From: Candidatus Eiseniibacteriota bacterium
GTDB lineage: Bacteria; Orphanbacterota; Orphanbacteria; Orphanbacterales; Orphanbacteraceae
Direction of reading: 5' to 3'
Assembly: GCA_043809585.1 (NCBI GenBank)
Contig: JBDROZ010000043.1
Coordinates: forward strand, 1-32,638
Length of the DNA stretch: 32,638 bases
Under the pieces are notes generated by a model. That model was not told the origin of the DNA. It made no database searches and saw only the letters and a program-made list of their open reading frames with translations. Below, piece by piece: positions 16,075 through 22,857 of the stretch; position 1 is the stretch's first letter; each line of letters begins with the position of its first letter. The translations under genes were made by a program, and so were the position numbers.

Positions 16075-16217
16075 CCCCGGGCGCGAGTCCGGGGCCTTTT
16101 CTCGGTTCAGGGGAGGAAAGGACGATTCCGGCAGTCGAGCAAGGGGAGACCGGCGGGCTGGTTTCCCCATGACGTCCTCTCGGTCCGGGGCCGCCCCTGT
16201 CGGCCGCACTCCCCTCC

Positions 16218-16246
16218 TTGCCGGACTGGTTCCGGACCGGTACACT
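16218..16246 (+). promoter_or_regulatory. sigma70-type promoter
   Basis: TTGCCG (16218-16223), 17 nt, TACACT (16241-16246), about 40 nt before ATG 16286. Confidence 0.55.
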
Positions 16247-16285
16247 CGGTCCGATCGTCCGTCGCAGAGTGGGGGAATGTGAGTC

Positions 16286-18232
16286 ATGTTCGAGTTCATG
16301 CGGGGGAAAGAGACGCTTCTCGGGGCGGTGCTCGTCACGGCGCTCGCCCTGCTTCCCTATGCCGGCACCCTCGGCAACGATTTCGTCTGGGCGGACCAGA
16401 CGGTGATCGTCGACGGCGAGGCGATCCTGAAATCGCCGGGCGATCTCGCCCGGGTCTTCGTGAAGCCCCTCTGGTCATTCACGGGCGCGCCCGCCCCCGG
16501 GGGGGGCGGATACTACCGGCCGGTGACGGCGATTTCCTACACCATCGACCACGCGCTTTGGGGATTGAACCCGGCGGGGTATCACGCCACGAACATCCTG
16601 CTTCACGGAGCGGTCACCCTCTTTCTCTTTCTCTTCTTCGCAGGGCTCTTCCCGAAGAGCCGGGTCCCTCTCCTCGCCGGAATCCTCTTCGCCGTCCACC
16701 CGATCCATACGGAGGCGGTCGCGTGGATTTCGGGACGCACGGGGCTGCTCGCCGCCCTCGGCGTCGTCCTCTCCCTCTTCCTCTACCGGCGCCCCGGGAA
16801 CCGCCCCCTCTTTCTCGCGGGGAGTCTCGCCGCCTTCGCTCTCGGCCTCGGCGCGAAGGAGAGCGCCGCGGTCCTCCCCCTCCTGGTCCTCCTCACGGCC
16901 TGGTGGTCGAGGAAGCCGGGCCGGCGTCTTTTCGCGTGGAACCGGGAAGGGCTCTATTTCGCCCTCCTGGTTCTCTACCTCGTCGTCCGGCGGGGCGCCC
17001 TCGGCGCCTTCGGCACCGGGAACCCCGAGACCATCGAACCCCTCGTCCTCGTCCCGACCATGCTCCGGGCGCTGGGCGGCTACCTTCGTCTCCTCTTCAT
17101 CCCCTGGCCGCTCCACACGAACGACGGGATCCGCCTCTCGACGTTCGTGCTCGAACCGAAAGTTCTTCTCTCCCTCCTTTTCCTCGGGGCCTTCGTCTAC
17201 GCCGTCCTCCGGTACGGCCGGGACCGGCGGGAGACGAGGTTCGGTCTCCTCTGGATGGGGGTCGCGCTCCTCCCCTTTCTGAACGTCCTTCCCCTCCTCC
17301 ACTTCCGAGCGGAGCGACTCATCTACCTCCCATCGGCCGGATTCGTCCTCGTGGCGGCGGCCCTCCTCGACCGGTGGGGGGACCGCATCCTCGGCAAAGG
17401 GAAGCGTCTCGGCCTCACCCCGGGTGAACTGGCGACCGCCACCCTCGCCCTCCTCCTCGCCTTCGGCACCGCGGCCCGATGCCGGACCTGGAAGAACGAC
17501 TACACCCTCTTCATGGACACTCTCGCCAAGAACACCTACGCGCCGGAAGCGTGCTACATGCTCGGCGCCGAGGCCTACCGGAACGGCGCCTACCCCGAAG
17601 CGGCCCGTCTCTTCCGTGCCTCCCTCTCCCTCGAACCCGGGTGGGCGGCCTACCTCCCCGTACCGTGGGCCCTGGCGAACCTCGGGTTCGCGGAGTACAA
17701 AGGCGGCGATCCGGAGAGCGCCGAGGAGGCGTTCCGGGAGGCCCTCCGCTTCTATCCGGGGATGGAGAAGGCCTCTTTCGGCTTGGCTCTCGCCGCTTCG
17801 GCCTCCGGCCGGCACGAGGAATCGATCGAGAGCTACCAGGCGATCCTGGCGAAAAACCCGAACCACGAGGACGCGAGGTACAATCTCGCTCTCGAATATG
17901 AGAAGTCGGGCGCCTTGGCGGACGCGGAACGGGAGTACATCCGGGTCGTGCGGCAGAACCCGCGCCGGAAGGACGCCTTCATGAACTTGGGATCCCTCGT
18001 CGCCCAGTCGGGACGGTACGCGGAGGCGATGGAAGCGTATCGGGGCGCCCTCCGGGTGGCCCCGGCGGACCCCCGGGTCCACTACAACGTGGGCCTGCTC
18101 TTCGCCGTTACCGGCGAGAGAAAAGGGGCTATCGAGGCCCTCCGCACCGCCCTCGAGTTCGATCCCGGCTACGAAGAAGCGCGCCTCCTCCTCGAGGAGA
18201 TCACCGCCCCCGATTCGCTGCCGGGGGGTTGA
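16286..18232 (+). CDS. TMTC-like GT-C membrane glycosyltransferase with C-terminal TPR repeats
   Basis: YYRP, YH..N..LH, LFAVHPIHTEAVAWISGR, AKES, AERLIYLPS and W.N...LF motifs; multiple TM helices; about 6 TPR units. Confidence 0.88.
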   Translation: MFEFMRGKETLLGAVLVTALALLPYAGTLGNDFVWADQTVIVDGEAILKSPGDLARVFVKPLWSFTGAPAPGGGGYYRPVTAISYTIDHALWGLNPAGYHATNILLHGAVTLFLFLFFAGLFPKSRVPLLAGILFAVHPIHTEAVAWISGRTGLLAALGVVLSLFLYRRPGNRPLFLAGSLAAFALGLGAKESAAVLPLLVLLTAWWSRKPGRRLFAWNREGLYFALLVLYLVVRRGALGAFGTGNPETIEPLVLVPTMLRALGGYLRLLFIPWPLHTNDGIRLSTFVLEPKVLLSLLFLGAFVYAVLRYGRDRRETRFGLLWMGVALLPFLNVLPLLHFRAERLIYLPSAGFVLVAAALLDRWGDRILGKGKRLGLTPGELATATLALLLAFGTAARCRTWKNDYTLFMDTLAKNTYAPEACYMLGAEAYRNGAYPEAARLFRASLSLEPGWAAYLPVPWALANLGFAEYKGGDPESAEEAFREALRFYPGMEKASFGLALAASASGRHEESIESYQAILAKNPNHEDARYNLALEYEKSGALADAEREYIRVVRQNPRRKDAFMNLGSLVAQSGRYAEAMEAYRGALRVAPADPRVHYNVGLLFAVTGERKGAIEALRTALEFDPGYEEARLLLEEITAPDSLPGG

Positions 18233-18356
18233 AGATCTCCTTCCCCTTCCTCCCTTTTCCTTCCCCTTCCCCTCTCTTCCCTTCCTGGAAGCAGATTCGC
18301 TCGCCACCTCCAAGAAGTGGCGCTATATTGACTTCGGTAATTCGAGATCGAGAATC

Positions 18357-18436
18357 GAGACGGCGTGCCGGGCCAAGGCCAATCGCCGAGAGGAGGGTCG
18401 AGGACCCCCGCTTCAGGCACACCGTCTCTTTCTTTT
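18357..18436 (+). ncRNA. Candidate structured small RNA 1 (closing stem, two inner hairpins, U-tail)
   Basis: GAGACGGcGTGCC (18357-18369) pairs with GGCACaCCGTCTC (18416-18428), followed by TTTCTTTT. Possible promoter TCGCCA-17-TATATT (18301-18329). Strand is uncertain. Confidence 0.4.
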
Positions 18437-18467
18437 GCTGCTCTTCGATTTTTTTCTTGCGGAAGGC

Positions 18468-18496
18468 TTGTCAGACCGATACTCCCGGTCTATACT
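18468..18496 (+). promoter_or_regulatory. sigma70-type promoter with no credible downstream CDS
   Basis: TTGTCA (18468-18473), 17 nt, TATACT (18491-18496). Confidence 0.65.
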
Positions 18497-18502
18497 GAAT
18501 TC

Positions 18503-18641
18503 GCTTCGACGGGTGAGAGATCGCCTGGGAGACGACGACCTACTTCGAGAGTTCTTTCGGGCCACGCGGCGTAGGTTCGGCCCGGAACTGCAGGACTCGA
18601 GGCGAGCCGATTCGTTTTCCTCTCTCTCACCCTTCTTTATT
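18503..18641 (+). ncRNA. Candidate structured ncRNA 2 (~130-nt rod with two potential pseudoknots)
   Basis: Nested stems 18511-20/18623-32, 18527-35/18612-20 (G-U pairs on + strand), 18544-49/18596-601, 18550-54/18585-89, 18559-63/18579-83. U-rich tail; promoter directly upstream. Confidence 0.55.
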
Positions 18642-18687
18642 GGTGCCCACCGGGTCTTCTCGACGTAAGCGGATTCCTCGAAAGCAG

Positions 18688-19314
18688 TTACGTCTCTTCC
18701 TCGAACCCTCCCCGGCAGTAGATCCGGACCACCCGCCCGGCGCCCCCCTCGGCGAGGTAGTAGGCGACGTGGCGAAAGATCCGGTCGGTCCGCCGGGAAT
18801 CCGATTCGGAGAGGTATTTCTCGAAGCTCGGGGGGTTCCAGTAGGGTGCCCAGACCAGATTCCCCCCCTCCCGCCGGACCAGGCCGAAGGCCGCCACGGC
18901 GCGGAAGAACTCGAGAGGACCGAGAGGAGAGAAGAAGATCGCGAAGCTGTCCTCTCCCCAATGTTCGGGGATGAACTCGTCGAGCAGCCCGACATCGGCG
19001 AGGTGGAAGACCATGGGGGCGCTCCGCCATTCACCGTCATCCCCCTTCGATCCGAACGAGCCGGTCAAGGGGAAGCGGGCGCACTCGGCCATCTGAATCG
19101 CGTCGAAGAAGCGGCGGTCGAAGGAGCCTTCCGGGAGGACCACATACGCTCGGAGGGGCCCCTCCGTCTCCTCCCGCAGCCCGTCGATCAGAGCCGTCAG
19201 GAGTTCGGCGATCTCGCCGGGCACGGAACGGGAAGGGTCCACCGTGATCGAATGGCGCCAGAGGCGATTTTTAAGTAGTTGCTCCGTTTTCAGTTTCAGT
19301 GTCTCGGACAACAT
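18688..19314 (-). CDS. Hypothetical protein with weak DUF4123-like similarity
   Basis: Purine-rich SD, ATG start, genome-typical codon usage. 'APMVFHL', 'HWG...AIF' and 'PYWNPPSF' resemble the DUF4123 pattern by eye only. Confidence 0.7.
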   Translation of the reverse strand: MLSETLKLKTEQLLKNRLWRHSITVDPSRSVPGEIAELLTALIDGLREETEGPLRAYVVLPEGSFDRRFFDAIQMAECARFPLTGSFGSKGDDGEWRSAPMVFHLADVGLLDEFIPEHWGEDSFAIFFSPLGPLEFFRAVAAFGLVRREGGNLVWAPYWNPPSFEKYLSESDSRRTDRIFRHVAYYLAEGGAGRVVRIYCRGGFEEET

Positions 19315-19530
19315 GGTGCGACCCCCTTTCCTCTTCTGGGGGAGTTTTTTCGCCCGGCCGCTACACCCCTGTCCTTACACCCCTAATATACGTTCTTTTT
19401 CCAAACTCGGGGCGAAGCCGTCAAGAAAGGGGCGATGGTCCCCCGGTCCGAAGCCGGAGCCGGCCGGGGGATCTCACCGTCGGTATCGTAACCGGCAATG
19501 GGGAAGAAGGCGCCCGCCGGTTCGCGTGGT

Positions 19531-22500
19531 TCAGGAGCCGAAGAGCGCGGGGCATCCCCGGCGGTGACGGCAGAACTCGCAGTTTCGGTTCTCCCGGGCC
19601 GGGAACTCCCCTCCTGCTTCGATCCGGTCGTACTCCTCGAGCGCGGCGAGCGCGGCCGCTCCCTCTTCCGGAACCTCGAGGAGAAGCCCGTCCCGGGCGG
19701 CGTGCATCCACGCGCGCACCGGCCTTCCGTCGCCGGCGATACGGCCGACGGCGAGACGGTAAAGCTCGAGGGAGACCCGGTAACGATCCAGAATCTCCTC
19801 CGGCGAGGCGCGGTCGGTCTTGTAGTCGATCACCACCCACTCCCGGTCGGATCGAAGCAGAAGATCGATGATCCCCCGGAGAGGCCGTCCGGCGAGAGGG
19901 ACGCAGAAGGAGACCTCTCCTTCCGGGACCGCCCCCGACGAGAGGAGTCCCTTGATCTCGGGCAACCGGAAGAAACCTACCTTCCACGCCGCCAGTTCTT
20001 CCGGCTCCCCCTCGGAGGGCGCGGGCGCGCCATTCCAGTGCGCCTCCATGAGGCGGTGGAAGGCGGTGCCCGTCGCCGCCGCCCGCTCTCCTTCCCCCGC
20101 CGGCGCGAGGGGCGGAATCGGGAATTCCCGGGCGAGCCGGGACCGCCGGGGACACTCGAGGAGGGCTCTTACCCCCGTGACGGTCCGCCCGTCCTCGTCC
20201 GGTTCGGACGAAGGCGAGGGGGCCCGGAGCCGGCGGAGGAGAAGATCCACCGTCGCCCGGTCCCCTTCCGAAGCGTACCGGGAGGGATCGGCCGCCACCT
20301 CGGCGGGGAGAAGGGGGAACCGTTCATTGGCCCTTCCCTCCCGGGGGCCGAGCACCCGGACCGGCACATCGCCCAGCAGGGTGACGCCCGGCTCCTCCGG
20401 CAGGGGCCACGCTTCGTGGATCCGCTTCAGCCAGCCTCTCGGTCCTTTCTCGCTCCGCCCCCCCGAGAGAATCAAGTGCCGCTGGGCCCGGGTGAGCGCC
20501 ACGTAGAGGAGGCGGATCTCCTCCGCCGTCTCCCGCCGCTTCTGCTCCTCCTCGATCCGGCCGACGAGCCAGGGGCGGCCCTTCTCCCCCTCCCTCGCCC
20601 GGGCCTTCACTCCCACGCCCCACTCCTTGTGGTAGACGAACGCGGGCCTCGTCGATTGGGGGGGGCGGCCGAGATCGACGACGGCGACGAGCGGGAACTC
20701 CATCCCCTTCGCGCCGTGGATCGTGAGCAGGCGGACCGCCTCCCGCTCCGCGTCGAGGGCGGACTCCGGCTCCCGGAGTCTCGTGTACCGGAACTCCCTC
20801 AGGCGGCGGATGCTCTCCGGGAGAGAAAGGTCGGCCCTCTCCTCCAGGGCCCGGGCCCGCTCGATCAGTTTCCGGACGTTCGCCCGCTGCCGGAGGCCGT
20901 CCGGCGCGAGAAGGAGGGCGTCGACGAAGCGCGTTTCCCGGGCGAGCGCCTCCAGAAGATAGTGGGAGGGGACGCGCCCCCGGAGGTCCCGGAGGCGGCC
21001 GATGGTGTCCGCGAAACGGCGGACCCTCTCCCGCCCATCCGGGGAGAGAGGCCCGGCCGGCTTGTCCTCCCGGACAAGGTCCCAGAGGGGCTCCTTCCGC
21101 CGGACACCGCCGGGGGCGACGAGGAGGGCCAAGTCCTCGTCGCCGAGACCCGCCAGGGGGGACCGGAGCGCCGCCGCCATGAGAAGGTCTTCGTAGGGAT
21201 TCTCCATCAGGGAGAGCCCGTTCAGGAGGTCCGTCACCTCCCGCGTCTGGAAGAAACCCCGCCCCACGGCGACCGACGCGGGGACGCCCCGCATCCGGAG
21301 GCGCCGCTCGTACCGGGCGATGTCGGTTGTGCTCCGAAAGAGGAGCGCCATGTCCCTGTAGCGGATCCCATCGAGCCCCTCCTCGTGGATTTCCCGGAGG
21401 CGGCGGGCGAGGAGGTCGGCCTCTCCGTCACGGGCGGCCTCGGCATTCGGGCCGGCGGCGATGAGCAGCTCCACCGAGGGGGCTTCCTTCGGCGCGAACT
21501 CCTCTTCCTTCCCCGCCTCGAGACGCTCGTACGGGACGGACATCGCCTCGTTCTCCTTCCAGAGGGAAGGGAAGAGGGTGTTCACGAACTCGAGGATCGG
21601 CTTCCGGCTCCGGAAATTCTCCTCCAGAACGAGGCGCCCCTCGGCGGCGACCATCCGCTCCCCCATGCGGACGAAGGCGTCGACGTCCGCGTCCCGGAAG
21701 GCGTAGATCGACTGCTTCGCGTCCCCCACCGCGAGGAGTCGGCCCTGGTTCCTGAGGTTTTCCACGATGCGGAGTTGGAGCTCGTTCGTATCCTGGCACT
21801 CGTCGAGCAGGAGATATCGGTAGCGGCCGCGAACCTCCCGCCGGGGCCCCTCCTCCTCCAGAATGCGGAGCGCCGCTTCCTCCAAGTCGAGGAAGTCGGC
21901 GACGCCGGCCCGGCGCTTTTCTTCGTCGAAGGCGTCCCGGAACTCGCGGGCCATCTCGTGGAGAAGACGCCGGGGACCTTCGAGAGAGGCCTCGCCGGCG
22001 ACGGCGATCCCCGTGTCGATCGAGGCGAGGGCGGAGCGGAGGAGTTCTTTCGCGTCGTTCGCCACCCGGAGATCGACGGCGCTCTTGATGCGGCGGAGAG
22101 CCGCGATCCCCTCCGCCCCCTCCCTCTTTGCCGAGGCGAGGCTCCGGACCGCCCTCAGTTTGTCCGCCGTCTTCGCGGGCGCCCCCCCCTCGAGGAGGGC
22201 GTCGATCTCCGGCATCAATCGGTCGATCTCCATCCACACCTCTCTGAGGGGGGTGCCGAGATCGGGAACGAAGGGGACTTCCTCGAGGTCCCGGCCGGCG
22301 GTGCGCACCGCGCGGACGAGGGAGAAGAGTGGGGCGGGATCGACGCCCCCCGGCGCGGCGGCGTCCACCCGCCAGTCGAGTCGGCCGATCAAACCGAGAA
22401 GGTCCTCCGGCCTCTCTTCCCACCACCGGTCGAGAAGCAGGACCCAAATCCGCTCCTGCCACTCCCCCGCCTCGGCCGGGTCCAGGATGCCCACCGTCGG

Positions 22501-22857
22501 CTCCACGCCGGCGATCTCGCCGTACTCCCGGACGAGCCGGTAGCAGAGGGAATCGATGGTCAGGATCGGCGCGTGGGGAATCTCCCGGAGCGAATCGACG
22601 CGCCCCTCGTCCCGGAGTGTGCCGGCGATCCGCTCCCGCATCTCCGCCGCCGCCTTTTCAGTGAACGTGATGGCGAGGAGCTTGCCGACCGGCACCTCCC
22701 GCTCGAGATGAAGGTGAAGATAGCGTGCGGTGAGCACCGAGGTCTTTCCCGAACCCGCCCCGGCGGTGACCCAGAGGTCCCGGTCGCCCGCGCCGGAGGC
22801 CTCCCTCTGGCGGTCGGTCAACCTCGAGAAGTACTCCTTTTCCGCGGGGGGGTTCAT
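19531..22857 (-). CDS. addA: AddA/UvrD-like helicase with C-terminal PD-(D/E)xK nuclease
   Basis: AGAGSGKT, AITFTEKAAAEM, LLLDECQDTN, VGDAKQSIYAFR, ENFRS, LTIHGAKGMEF, LYVALTRA, GIIDLL..IDYKT. ATGA overlap with addB. Confidence 0.92.
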   Translation of the reverse strand: MNPPAEKEYFSRLTDRQREASGAGDRDLWVTAGAGSGKTSVLTARYLHLHLEREVPVGKLLAITFTEKAAAEMRERIAGTLRDEGRVDSLREIPHAPILTIDSLCYRLVREYGEIAGVEPTVGILDPAEAGEWQERIWVLLLDRWWEERPEDLLGLIGRLDWRVDAAAPGGVDPAPLFSLVRAVRTAGRDLEEVPFVPDLGTPLREVWMEIDRLMPEIDALLEGGAPAKTADKLRAVRSLASAKREGAEGIAALRRIKSAVDLRVANDAKELLRSALASIDTGIAVAGEASLEGPRRLLHEMAREFRDAFDEEKRRAGVADFLDLEEAALRILEEEGPRREVRGRYRYLLLDECQDTNELQLRIVENLRNQGRLLAVGDAKQSIYAFRDADVDAFVRMGERMVAAEGRLVLEENFRSRKPILEFVNTLFPSLWKENEAMSVPYERLEAGKEEEFAPKEAPSVELLIAAGPNAEAARDGEADLLARRLREIHEEGLDGIRYRDMALLFRSTTDIARYERRLRMRGVPASVAVGRGFFQTREVTDLLNGLSLMENPYEDLLMAAALRSPLAGLGDEDLALLVAPGGVRRKEPLWDLVREDKPAGPLSPDGRERVRRFADTIGRLRDLRGRVPSHYLLEALARETRFVDALLLAPDGLRQRANVRKLIERARALEERADLSLPESIRRLREFRYTRLREPESALDAEREAVRLLTIHGAKGMEFPLVAVVDLGRPPQSTRPAFVYHKEWGVGVKARAREGEKGRPWLVGRIEEEQKRRETAEEIRLLYVALTRAQRHLILSGGRSEKGPRGWLKRIHEAWPLPEEPGVTLLGDVPVRVLGPREGRANERFPLLPAEVAADPSRYASEGDRATVDLLLRRLRAPSPSSEPDEDGRTVTGVRALLECPRRSRLAREFPIPPLAPAGEGERAAATGTAFHRLMEAHWNGAPAPSEGEPEELAAWKVGFFRLPEIKGLLSSGAVPEGEVSFCVPLAGRPLRGIIDLLLRSDREWVVIDYKTDRASPEEILDRYRVSLELYRLAVGRIAGDGRPVRAWMHAARDGLLLEVPEEGAAALAALEEYDRIEAGGEFPARENRNCEFCRHRRGCPALFGS

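Noticed and set aside
18357-18641. Retron msr-msd, glycine riboswitch or Y RNA assignment
   Set aside because: No reverse transcriptase or Ro60 gene in the window, no downstream sense gene, and the consensus motifs match only partially.
18435-18668. 77-aa ORF on the + strand
   Set aside because: TTG start without an SD, rare codons (ATA, CTA, CGA, AGA), and it spans a strong internal promoter; better explained as ncRNA.
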